Shown in pieces: positions 1 to 8,485 of a stretch of DNA of 46,826 bases (position 1 is the stretch's first letter; each line of letters begins with the position of its first letter). A program made the translations under genes and the position numbers. Origin of the DNA: an uncultured bacterium (GTDB lineage Bacteria > Fidelibacterota > Marinisomatia > Marinisomatales > Marinisomataceae); assembly GCA_964606555.1 (NCBI GenBank), contig CAZSGU010000003.1, positions 1 through 46,826 of the forward strand, written 5' to 3'. A model generated the notes under the pieces. That model worked only from the letters and a program-made list of their open reading frames with translations, was not told the origin of the DNA and ran no database searches.

Positions 1-1280
1 TCTTCCTCAACTGGAGCTTCTTCTTCAGGTTTATTTAGATCTATAAATGCATCTACTGCAACACTTATAGAATCTATTTCGTCAACAGATAACTCTAATT
101 CATCAACAAGAACTTTTTTCTTGGCTGATAAATAATCTGCTACTGAAACAATATCAACTCCTGCGAGTTTTTTAATTACTGCTTTTTTGATACCTTTTAA
201 ACTATCTAAGTCAGTTTTTTGATTTAATAATACTTCCTCATATTCTTTCTCGGTATATGCATCAATAGTATATCCAGTCAATTTTGCTGCTAGATTAATA
301 TTAACACCGCTTCTACCAACTGCACTTTCAAGTTCTCCCTCGTTGAAAATAGCAATACAATATTTTCTATCATCGTCTATGTATAAATCAATTGGTTTTG
401 CTGGAGAGAGTGCTCTTGTAATAAAGATTTCAGATCTTTCAGTAAAATTAACAATATCAATTTTTTCGTTATTTAATTCTCTAACGATTGCTTGAATACG
501 ACTTCCCCTCATTCCAACACAGGCTCCCACCGCATCAATTCTTTTGTCAATAGAATGAACAATAATCTTACTTCTTTCTCCAGGTTTTCTTGCAATCCCT
601 TTAATTTCAATAATTCCATCTTCAATTTCTGGAACTTCCATTTCAAATAATTTATATAAGAACAAATCATCGCTTCTTGAAATAATGATATCTGGTCCTT
701 TAGGTGTTACGTCAACAGACTTAATAAGAGCTCTAATAGTATCCCCTCTTCTAAATCTTTCTGAGAATATTTGTTCATTACGTGGCATTCGTAGTTCAGT
801 ATGTTCAATATTAACAAAGGTATTTTCTCTATGAACCTGATGGACGGTTCCTATGACAACTTCACCAATTCTTTGGACATAATCTTCGTATATATATTGT
901 TGTTGTACTTCTCTTGTTCTTTTGTTCAAAAATTGTCTAGCATTTGAAATCAATCTTCTACCAAATCTTGCAGGATCAATGACTTCGACAAAAGTATCTC
1001 CAAGCTTTAAATCAGATAATTCTGGTTCAAGCTCTAAAGCTCTCTCAAGAGTAATCTCAAAATGATCATCATCGACATGATCAACAATTGTTTTTTCAAC
1101 ATAAATCTCTATCTCACCCTTATCAAGATTAACAATAACACTGCAATTGTTTGAATCCCCTGTTTCTTTATCAATAATAAATAAAAACAAGTCTTCAATT
1201 ATCGTTCCTAGTTCAGAACGTTCAATATTTTTCTCTCGAGCAAGCTCAATAAAAATGTCAATTAAATCTCTATTTATCAT
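1..1280 (-). CDS. nusA: Transcription termination/antitermination factor NusA. The N-terminus is at 1280 and the C-terminal end runs off the window edge.
   Basis: My own translation of the minus strand from the ATG at 1280-1278 gives MINRDLIDIFIELAREKNIERSELGTIIEDL... Further in frame it gives IDAVGACVGMRGSRIQAIVRELNNEKIDIV (KH-type GxxG motif) and GRSGVNINLAAKLTG (second KH). It is absent from the ORF track because there is no stop codon inside the window. Confidence 0.85.
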   Translation of the reverse strand, partial: MINRDLIDIFIELAREKNIERSELGTIIEDLFLFIIDKETGDSNNCSVIVNLDKGEIEIYVEKTIVDHVDDDHFEITLERALELEPELSDLKLGDTFVEVIDPARFGRRLISNARQFLNKRTREVQQQYIYEDYVQRIGEVVIGTVHQVHRENTFVNIEHTELRMPRNEQIFSERFRRGDTIRALIKSVDVTPKGPDIIISRSDDLFLYKLFEMEVPEIEDGIIEIKGIARKPGERSKIIVHSIDKRIDAVGACVGMRGSRIQAIVRELNNEKIDIVNFTERSEIFITRALSPAKPIDLYIDDDRKYCIAIFNEGELESAVGRSGVNINLAAKLTGYTIDAYTEKEYEEVLLNQKTDLDSLKGIKKAVIKKLAGVDIVSVADYLSAKKKVLVDELELSVDEIDSISVAVDAFIDLNKPEEEAPVEE

Positions 1281-1302
1281 ATACCATCCTTATTTTTTAC
1301 TA

Positions 1303-1327
1303 TAACAAAAATGGGCCGTAGCCCATT
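1303..1327 (-). terminator. Rho-independent terminator downstream of the 1377-2003 gene and upstream of nusA
   Basis: The stem aatgggc (1310-1316) pairs with gcccatt (1321-1327) around the loop cgta. On the minus strand the hairpin is followed by a TTTT(T)G tract. Confidence 0.55.
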
Positions 1328-1376
1328 CAAAATACCATTGGAATATATTTATTAAAATTCGTTTAAACAAGAAAAC

Positions 1377-2003
1377 TTAGTTGAGCGCTGATGCCATCCC
1401 ATATGTATGCTCAAACATTTCTTGATAAGCGTTACTTTCAAGTTCAATAGCGTCTAAGATTTCTAATGCTCCTTCTTTATTGTTATCACTAATCATACGT
1501 CTTGCTTTAAGAATAGAAACATAATTTTTTTCGGTTTGAGAATTCGTAGCTTTTTGTGCTGAATCAAAAAGACGCATTGCTTTTTTGGAATCTGTTTCCA
1601 TGCGTGCCAACATAATATATGCTTCTGTTTTTAAGTTTGGATATTCAAGGTTTTTTACTGATTCTCTTAGAAGATTAGATGCTTTATCAGTATCGTTATT
1701 AATAAATGCAATTCTTCCAAGATAAAACTTGGCATGATCTGCTGATTTGGTTCCATTATAATCTTCTACTATGATTGATAATTGAAGCTCTGAATTGTCA
1801 AAATCTCCTCTTTCAAGATACACTAACGAATTACTAAGCTGCTCATGTGCTTCTAACTCTTTTTTATCTACTGATGAATTCCAGACGGATACCAAAACAA
1901 ATCCTACTACAAAACTGACTAAAAACATGTTTACAGTTCTTTTGTTCTCCGTATAATAGGTACTAATTTTTTTTAAATAATCTTCCATTACCGTTATTTC
2001 CAA
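1377..2003 (-). CDS. Membrane-anchored TPR-like protein, YfgM/UPF0070-like architecture
   Basis: 208 aa. It has a short cytoplasmic N-terminus, one TM segment (VNMFLVSFVVGFVLVSVW) and then helical TPR-like repeats. Length and layout match E. coli YfgM. The family call rests on architecture, not on a strong motif. Confidence 0.5.
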   Translation of the reverse strand: MEITVMEDYLKKISTYYTENKRTVNMFLVSFVVGFVLVSVWNSSVDKKELEAHEQLSNSLVYLERGDFDNSELQLSIIVEDYNGTKSADHAKFYLGRIAFINNDTDKASNLLRESVKNLEYPNLKTEAYIMLARMETDSKKAMRLFDSAQKATNSQTEKNYVSILKARRMISDNNKEGALEILDAIELESNAYQEMFEHTYGMASALN

Positions 2004-3031
2004 TAATCAAATAGTTGATATAGTTTTGGTTTAATTTTAGATGACAATTTACTACTAGAAACGGTTTTCGTAACATCTTTTCTTAGTTCTTTTTGTGTCT
2101 GTATATCTAATTGTGCAAAATCATTACAATCCTCTGAACAACAGCCATTATATGTTGTTTTACAATTATCACATTGAATAAATAGAATATGACATGCATC
2201 GTTTGCACAATTCGTATGTGAATCTGCTTTTTGTCCACATTGATGGCACTTTCCAATTACATGGTTAGTGACCTTTTCTCCTAGACGATTATCAAATACA
2301 AAATTTTTGCCTATAAATCTTGATGGAAGGTTTTCTTTCTTAATATCATGTGCATATTGAACAATTCCACCATCAAGTTGATATACTTCTTTAAATCCTT
2401 GTTTTAGAAGATAAGAACTCGCTTTCTCACATCGAATACCTCCTGTACAATATAAATGAAGTTTTTTATCCTTTTTATCAGCTAATAGTTTCGCTACTTC
2501 AGGAAGCAATTCTTTTGAACGATCTACATCTGGTGTAATTGCCCCTTCAAACTTTCCTACTTCGCTTTCGTAATAATTACGAATATCTACTACAATAGCA
2601 TCTTTCTGATCAATAGAGGCATTAAATTCTTGTGCTGACAAATGTTTCCCCACTTTATTCATATCATAAGTATCTCTGGGTAGATTGTATGCAACAATTT
2701 CTTCTTTTACCTTAATAGTTAATTTTAGGAACGATAATCCTTCTTGGACTGCTTTTTTAAGCTTAATTCCCTTTAAAATAGATGATTTATTGATATAATC
2801 CTTAAAACTGTCCCATTTATGATCAGGAACGCTAATTTGGGCATTAATTCCCTCTTCAGCGACATATACCCTCCCTAAAATCTTTAAATCGGATAAATCT
2901 TGATATAATTGATTTCGCAATGTTTCTGGATCATCAATTACACAATATCGATAAAAAGAACACGTAATACGTTGAAAAGATTCTTTATCTAAATCTTTTC
3001 TTAACTCAAATTTTGATTTTTTGTTAAACAT
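1994..3031 (-). CDS. trhO: Rhodanese-domain tRNA uridine(34) hydroxylase, UPF0176/YceA (TrhO) family
   Basis: 345 aa. The N-terminus CSFYRY..D...LR..L......L.GRVYVAEEGINAQISVP is typical of UPF0176. A rhodanese loop is present (LYCTGGIRCEKAS), followed by a Cys-rich C-terminal tail (CHQCG...CAN..C..LFIQC.NC). Confidence 0.85.
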   Translation of the reverse strand: MFNKKSKFELRKDLDKESFQRITCSFYRYCVIDDPETLRNQLYQDLSDLKILGRVYVAEEGINAQISVPDHKWDSFKDYINKSSILKGIKLKKAVQEGLSFLKLTIKVKEEIVAYNLPRDTYDMNKVGKHLSAQEFNASIDQKDAIVVDIRNYYESEVGKFEGAITPDVDRSKELLPEVAKLLADKKDKKLHLYCTGGIRCEKASSYLLKQGFKEVYQLDGGIVQYAHDIKKENLPSRFIGKNFVFDNRLGEKVTNHVIGKCHQCGQKADSHTNCANDACHILFIQCDNCKTTYNGCCSEDCNDFAQLDIQTQKELRKDVTKTVSSSKLSSKIKPKLYQLFDYWK

Positions 3032-3071
3032 GATTGGATTTTAATAGAAAAAGGATTGGTTATCAATCATT

Positions 3072-4031
3072 TTAAAGAACACTTTTAACATTGTGTAATT
3101 TGTTGGTATTGCCTTTATATAACGCATACTGAAATCCTTTCTGGATGGATGCATACCCAATACTTCCATCTTTTCCTAATGCAATATATCCAACTTGTAA
3201 TTTGGTTTTACCGCCTTCTTGTTTAATAATACGATCAATTGCTTCCTTGCAGGCTTCCATGGCAGAATATCCGTGTCGCATTAATTCTACTATTAAAAAA
3301 CTCCCACATGTTTTAATCACTAATTCTCCAACACCGGTTGCACCCGCAACGCCTACTTCATTATCAACATACATTCCTGCACCAATAATTGGGCTATCTC
3401 CTACACGTCCATGTAATTTATAAGCTAAGCCGCTTGTTGTACATGCGCCTGATAAATTGCCTTCATTATCTTGTGCTAATGAAGTAATCGTATCATGATC
3501 ATCATTTGGTCCCCACGAGTCTTTAATATTGTTGTTTTTCTTCCATTCTAACCATCCTTTTTTTGATTTTTCAGTTAGAAGGTTTTCTTTTTTGAATCCA
3601 TTTTCTAATGCAAACTTTAAAGCACCTTTGCCTGCTAACATTACATGATCTGTTTTTTCCATTACTTTTCTTGCAACAGAAATTGGATGTTTAATATTTT
3701 GTAAAAATGCAACAGCGCCTGCATTTCCATCTGAATCCATGATACATGCATCCAAAGTAACATTTCCTTCTCGATCAGGTCTCCCGCCTAATCCAACAGA
3801 TTGATTTTCAGCATCTGCTTCGGTCACTTGGACACCTGCTTCTACTGCATCTAATGCCGAACCACTCTTTTTTAATATTTCCATTGATACTTCATTGGCC
3901 GGTATTCCATGAGACCATGTTGAGATTACAATAGGATTGTTTTTATTTACTTTCATATTCTTATTTCCCGCTAAAAGAATAGGGCTTGCTAATCCAGCTG
4001 CTCCTACTTTGATAAAATTTCTTCTTTTCAT
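3072..4031 (-). CDS. Exported Ntn-hydrolase of the asparaginase-2 family (glycosylasparaginase / isoaspartyl peptidase)
   Basis: 319 aa. A twin-arginine signal (MKRRNFIKVGAAGLASP) is present. The autoprocessing site HDTIT would supply the nucleophilic Thr. Conserved GRVGDSPIIGAG and GATGVGE segments are also present. Confidence 0.85.
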   Translation of the reverse strand: MKRRNFIKVGAAGLASPILLAGNKNMKVNKNNPIVISTWSHGIPANEVSMEILKKSGSALDAVEAGVQVTEADAENQSVGLGGRPDREGNVTLDACIMDSDGNAGAVAFLQNIKHPISVARKVMEKTDHVMLAGKGALKFALENGFKKENLLTEKSKKGWLEWKKNNNIKDSWGPNDDHDTITSLAQDNEGNLSGACTTSGLAYKLHGRVGDSPIIGAGMYVDNEVGVAGATGVGELVIKTCGSFLIVELMRHGYSAMEACKEAIDRIIKQEGGKTKLQVGYIALGKDGSIGYASIQKGFQYALYKGNTNKLHNVKSVL

Positions 4032-4047
4032 AACATCATAATTTAGG

Positions 4048-4086
4048 AAAAAAAAGAGCCTACCAACTATACAATTGATAGGCTCT
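4048..4086 (-). terminator. Rho-independent terminator after the 4114-4869 gene
   Basis: An 8-bp stem forms between agagccta (4055-4062) and taggctct (4079-4086). On the minus strand it is followed by a T8 run, the complement of the A-run at 4048-4055. Confidence 0.65.
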
Positions 4087-4113
4087 CTATAATCAAAATA
4101 AGATTAATTCAAA

Positions 4114-4869
4114 TTAATCCATTGTTGTACTTAATTCTGGTCTAAATCTCCAGGTTTCACTCCAAATCCAACTCCATCCACCTCTGACTTTGGAATCTAA
4201 ATCTGAATCTTCATCATACATTTTTTGAAGTGTTTCTCCAAATTCTGCTTGATGTGGACCTAACATCTCAGACATAGTCATGTGAGGTGTTGAATATGAA
4301 TACACTGAAACATTTCCTCCTAATGTTTTTGTCATTGCTACCCAAGGTCTTTTGCTATCACTTTGTTTTGCAATTTCATTGAATTTTGAAAACACATATT
4401 CTGTATTCGCAGTTCCTCCTTGTTGAACTCCATAGTAGTATACTGTAATAAAATTTGGAGGTCCTTGATTGTTAACATTAGCACCATCCACAGTAGGCAT
4501 ATTTCTACTTAAATCTGGACGAATTGTCCAAAATTCCATACCTCCAATTTGTTCAATCATACTATCATTCCATTTATCATATGGAACTGGATCATGATTA
4601 GACATAGCATCATATACACTATCTACTATATCTAACGGAGTTGGCCATTGAGCAGCTGCAACTCTTACATATTTTCCAGCATTAGGTCCATTCACAATTG
4701 AAAATGTATTTACGGCTCCCAAACCTGTATGAGCCTTATTATGATAGGTCATTGCTTTTTCAAAATCAGCTACTTTTACACCTTCTTCAACACCTAAGAC
4801 AGTCTGCATATGATATGCCTGTCCAAATGCTAAAGTAGAAAAAATAACTGTTATTAATAGTTTTTTCAT
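4114..4869 (-). CDS. Exported hypothetical protein built from two internally duplicated halves of about 115 aa
   Basis: 251 aa. The signal peptide is MKKLLITVIFSTLAFGQA. Both halves end in the same motif, EFWTIRPDLS and ETWRFRPELS. I recognise no named family. Confidence 0.6.
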   Translation of the reverse strand: MKKLLITVIFSTLAFGQAYHMQTVLGVEEGVKVADFEKAMTYHNKAHTGLGAVNTFSIVNGPNAGKYVRVAAAQWPTPLDIVDSVYDAMSNHDPVPYDKWNDSMIEQIGGMEFWTIRPDLSRNMPTVDGANVNNQGPPNFITVYYYGVQQGGTANTEYVFSKFNEIAKQSDSKRPWVAMTKTLGGNVSVYSYSTPHMTMSEMLGPHQAEFGETLQKMYDEDSDLDSKVRGGWSWIWSETWRFRPELSTTMD

Positions 4870-4896
4870 GATTTCCTCACTTTATTGTTAACATTA

Positions 4897-5835
4897 TTAA
4901 AGATTAAAAATATTTCCTCTCTCTACTACATTAAACCCATTATAAATTATTTTTTTGTATTCATTTGAATTTTTGTTTAAAGCAGGATTTGTATGGTTAA
5001 GATGAATAAAATGTATAGAATTTCTATATATTGAATCTTCAAAAATTTCCATTGTTTCAATGATAAATGGATGCGGGATTTTTGACATATCTCTACCTGG
5101 TAATTCATTAATATCATAAAAAGTACCATCAAGCAAACTATAATCATTGTCTTCTACTAATTCTTTAATACTTGATTCCCATTTATCCCACTTATCAATA
5201 TCAGGAATGAAAATTAAAGATTTATTAGGGCCTTGTACTTTATATCCTACTGTTTCTGAGTATTCATCGCGGTGCGGTACTAAAAATGGAACAATAGATA
5301 ATCGTTCGTTTAATTGCACTACCCCATTATCGTTAATCTTGCGAATTAATATGTTACTTAACCTAACCAATTGATTCCAAGGACCATTTGTTTCTAAAAA
5401 TTGCTTCATTCTTGGCATTGCATACACAAGAACCTCTTTTGCCCCCATTACTTCTTTTCCAAGATGAATCAGTCCAGTATAGTGACCAATATGTGCATGA
5501 GTCAGAAAAACACCTTCTAAACTATTATCTGATACACTATTAAGTTGAGAAGCCAAATCTGGTGTTGCATCAAGAATCCATGTTTCATTTGTTTTTGGAT
5601 CTACAATAGCAATGCTTGATACTTTTAGATGTTTTTCAGGATTATCCCATCTTTCTTCACAACATTCTTTTAAACACCCAGCATGTGGGGCTCCACCATC
5701 CTGCGCAACTCCTAACACAACAACATAGGGATTAGTAGAATTTTCTCTCGAATTTATAGTATTGTCATTCGGAAAGTTAGCGGCAAAAAATATTGCGAAT
5801 ATTAATAGGAGAAGTATATATTGGTAATTCTTCAA
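4897..5835 (-). CDS. PqqB-like metallo-beta-lactamase-fold protein with an N-terminal signal or anchor
   Basis: 312 aa. The hydrophobic N-terminus is YILLLLIFAIFFAA. The segments GVAQDGGAPHAGCLKECC and SSIAIVDPKTNETWILDATPDLASQL resemble the PqqB N-terminal region. The MBL metal motif is LTHAHIGHYTGL. Confidence 0.7.
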   Translation of the reverse strand: MKNYQYILLLLIFAIFFAANFPNDNTINSRENSTNPYVVVLGVAQDGGAPHAGCLKECCEERWDNPEKHLKVSSIAIVDPKTNETWILDATPDLASQLNSVSDNSLEGVFLTHAHIGHYTGLIHLGKEVMGAKEVLVYAMPRMKQFLETNGPWNQLVRLSNILIRKINDNGVVQLNERLSIVPFLVPHRDEYSETVGYKVQGPNKSLIFIPDIDKWDKWESSIKELVEDNDYSLLDGTFYDINELPGRDMSKIPHPFIIETMEIFEDSIYRNSIHFIHLNHTNPALNKNSNEYKKIIYNGFNVVERGNIFNL

Positions 5836-5846
5836 GACAGATTGTC

Positions 5847-7721
5847 TTAACCGCCTAATTCATCAGATGCGATAGGTCTCTTGTCAATATACATTTCATC
5901 GATTTCAGCTTGGTGTTTTTCAGTAACAACTTTACGTTTGATAGATAACTTAGGAGTCAATTCTCCAGCTTCAACTGTCCATTCTTGAGGAATTAATGTA
6001 ATTTTTCGAACTGATTCATAACGAGAAAACTTGCTCATAGCTTCTTCAACAATCTCATTATACATATCATAAGTTTTTTGATCTGCACAAAGACTTTCAT
6101 AATCCATTGATTCCATGCCATTCTTTTCTGCCCATGCAATCAAATTCTCTTTACTTGGAACAACCAAAGCAGAAATAAAATTTCGATCATCACCAATTGC
6201 TAAACATTGTTCAATATACTTATTTGAAGTCAAGGTCACTTCCATTGGTTGTGGTGCAACATTTTTACCACCGGATGTCACTATTAAACTCTTTTTTCTA
6301 TCTGTAATCTTTAATAATCCATCTTCATCAAACATTCCAATGTCACCAGAATGGAACCATCCATCTTTCATAACTTCAGCAGTAGCTTCAGGTTCTTTAT
6401 AATATCCCTTCATTACATTGTGTCCACGACATAAGATTTCTCCGTCTTCTGCAATCTTAACTTCCACGCCTGGAATTGGCTTTCCAACGGTACCATATTT
6501 AAAGAATTCAGGATGTCCTACGGTCATCACAGGACTTGTTTCTGTTAGTCCATATCCTTCTACGATTGAAATCCCAATACCGCAAAAGAATGATCCAACT
6601 TCTGGAGATAGTGCTGATCCACCGGAAGATGCAGCTGCAACTCTACCGCCTAAAATTGCTCTAAACTTACTTAAAACTAATTTGTCTGCTAAATTCCACT
6701 GCAACCCAAGTAGGAATGGTAATTTTTCATCCCTTTGAAAGTATGGTGCCGCTTTTAATCCAACATTAATAGCCCAATTAGCAAGCACTTTCTTTATTCC
6801 AGTAGCTGCTTCAACGCCTTCCATAATTTTTGCATGAATCTTTTCAAAAATTCTTGGAACAGCAGTCAAAAATGTTGGCCTAACTTCCTGAATATTAGGG
6901 ACAACAAAGCTCATATCTGGTAAATTTTCTGCATAATAAATTTGCATCCCTGCATTAAAACAACCGTAATGTCCTCCCACTCTTTCAAAGCTATGTGCAA
7001 CTGGCAGGAAGGATAAAAATGCTTTTTCTTCCATACCATATTTGTCTTGAATAAGATCAATTAATTCTCCAATAGATAACAAATTTCTACAAACATTATC
7101 ATGAGTTAACATTACTCCTTTTGGAAGACCAGTTGTTCCACTTGTATATATTAAAGTTAACAAATCATCAGGTTGAACAGTTTCAGCTATTGCTTTAATA
7201 TCATGAGTAGTATTATTTAAAGATACTATTTTTGAAAAATGAGTAGCATGTTCACCGGAATAGCTTTCATCCATAATAATAATTTTATTTAAATGACACT
7301 CATCATCGCTTAATAGTGGTAAGATTTTATCTAACTGTTCTTTGTCTTTAACAATAGCAATTTTACTTTCAGAGTGTTTTACAACATATTGTGATTGTTC
7401 AGCAATAAGAGTTGGGTAAACTGGAACAGAAACAGCACGAATGTGTGCGATAGCAAAGTCAGAAGTACACCACTCAGGAGAATTTGTTCCAACAATTGCT
7501 ACTTTATCATGTTCATTAATTCCAAGATTCTTTAAACCGTTTGCAAAACCTTCTACGCGTGCTTGCAATTCGTTAAATGTTTGCCCTTTCCATTGACCGT
7601 CTTTTTTAACAAAGTATGTTTCAATATCTTGGTTTTCGGAAACAACTCGTTGAAACATTTGAGGAATAGTGGTAAAAGTGGCCTCTACTCCTTTGTAACC
7701 TGGATGTGGATTCTTGCTCAT
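5847..7721 (-). CDS. Long-chain-fatty-acid--CoA ligase (AMP-forming acyl-CoA synthetase, ANL superfamily)
   Basis: 624 aa. The AMP-binding motif is YTSGTTGLPKGVMLTH. EGYGLTETSP, the GWFHSGDIG hinge and a C-terminal PKLSIKRK are also present. Confidence 0.85.
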   Translation of the reverse strand: MSKNPHPGYKGVEATFTTIPQMFQRVVSENQDIETYFVKKDGQWKGQTFNELQARVEGFANGLKNLGINEHDKVAIVGTNSPEWCTSDFAIAHIRAVSVPVYPTLIAEQSQYVVKHSESKIAIVKDKEQLDKILPLLSDDECHLNKIIIMDESYSGEHATHFSKIVSLNNTTHDIKAIAETVQPDDLLTLIYTSGTTGLPKGVMLTHDNVCRNLLSIGELIDLIQDKYGMEEKAFLSFLPVAHSFERVGGHYGCFNAGMQIYYAENLPDMSFVVPNIQEVRPTFLTAVPRIFEKIHAKIMEGVEAATGIKKVLANWAINVGLKAAPYFQRDEKLPFLLGLQWNLADKLVLSKFRAILGGRVAAASSGGSALSPEVGSFFCGIGISIVEGYGLTETSPVMTVGHPEFFKYGTVGKPIPGVEVKIAEDGEILCRGHNVMKGYYKEPEATAEVMKDGWFHSGDIGMFDEDGLLKITDRKKSLIVTSGGKNVAPQPMEVTLTSNKYIEQCLAIGDDRNFISALVVPSKENLIAWAEKNGMESMDYESLCADQKTYDMYNEIVEEAMSKFSRYESVRKITLIPQEWTVEAGELTPKLSIKRKVVTEKHQAEIDEMYIDKRPIASDELGG

Positions 7722-7774
7722 GATTATATCATTGACAAAATAACTACTTTAAGCCAAATTAGTCAATTGTTTTT

Positions 7775-7858
7775 GCCGGGGTGGCGGAATTGGTAGACGC
7801 GCTGGTCTCAAACACCAGTGAGGATTTCCTCATGTCGGTTCGAGCCCGACCCTCGGTA
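7775..7858 (+). tRNA. tRNA-Leu (anticodon CAA), type II with a long variable arm
   Basis: I folded the cloverleaf by hand. The acceptor GCCGGGG pairs with CCTCGGT (two G-U pairs). The D-loop contains GAATTGGTAGA. The anticodon stem CTGGT/ACCAG carries the loop CTCAAAC. The long variable arm is TGAGGATTTCCTCA and the T-arm is GTCGG-TTCGAGC-CCGAC. CCA is not encoded. Confidence 0.9.
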
Positions 7859-7860
7859 CA

Positions 7861-7893
7861 AAAAAAAGGGCTTTGAATAAAGCCCTTTTTTTT
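7861..7893. terminator. Bidirectional rho-independent terminator
   Basis: A perfect 10-bp stem forms between aaagggcttt (7865-7874) and aaagcccttt (7879-7888) around the loop gaat. An A-run lies on one side and a T-run on the other. It lies between tRNA-Leu (+) and the 3' end of the 7921-8409 gene (-). Confidence 0.8.
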
Positions 7894-7920
7894 CAATTAT
7901 GTTAACTTATTAAAACGTTA

Positions 7921-8409
7921 TTACTTTTTCTCCGCTTCTTCTTCTGGAGGAAATACTTCATCAGTTAATTTCTTAACTTCTTTCTTCAACTTAGTAATAT
8001 CTCTTTGATTATTACGTATCTTTCTATTCAGATTTTCTTCTACTCCCTCAAGATCACGTTCAACATTCTTTATCTTCTTTGATAAATCACGATCAACGCG
8101 TTTAATTTCATATGCTAAATCATCTATTAAATCTCCAAGTGAATCAGCTTTTGCATAAATCAATTTTGTGTTTGCAAGAATCATTTGTCTTCCTTCTTGG
8201 ATTTTCTTCCCTTGACCAATATTATCAAGCTCAACATTCTTAACTCTTTCTCTAAATTCTGTATTGACATCGTCTACATGTTCTTTATGATCAGCTTCTA
8301 GTCTTACCATTTCTTCCATTGCAGATTTCGTTTGAAAAAATGAACCAGCAACTGATACAACAAGAAATAACATGAGGACACTTAAGACTTTTTCTGTGTT
8401 AGTTAACAT
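7921..8409 (-). CDS. Membrane-anchored coiled-coil protein, function unknown
   Basis: 162 aa. There is one N-terminal TM segment (VLSVLMLFLVVSVAGSFF). The rest is a charged helical region with the reiterated motif K(R/N)V(D/E)RDL (IKRVDRDLSKKIKNVERDLEGVEENLNRKIRNNQRDI). Confidence 0.55.
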   Translation of the reverse strand: MLTNTEKVLSVLMLFLVVSVAGSFFQTKSAMEEMVRLEADHKEHVDDVNTEFRERVKNVELDNIGQGKKIQEGRQMILANTKLIYAKADSLGDLIDDLAYEIKRVDRDLSKKIKNVERDLEGVEENLNRKIRNNQRDITKLKKEVKKLTDEVFPPEEEAEKK

Positions 8410-8485
8410 ATTGTATTATCCCTTTCTTTGTTTTGAGATGATTGAAACTAATAAATGAAACTTCAATATGAAAACTTTTTTTTTA

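Noticed and set aside
3145-3423. 92-aa plus-strand ORF in the track
   Set aside because: It lies entirely antisense to the well-supported asparaginase-family gene. The Pro/Ser/Thr-rich low-complexity translation is typical of a shadow ORF.
6115-6738. Two plus-strand ORFs (95 and 106 aa) inside the acyl-CoA ligase gene
   Set aside because: They are antisense shadow ORFs of a strongly supported CDS. They have no motifs and a compositionally biased translation.
7563-7796. 77-aa plus-strand ORF
   Set aside because: It overlaps the 5' end of the acyl-CoA ligase gene in antisense and runs into the tRNA-Leu gene. It is not credible as coding sequence.
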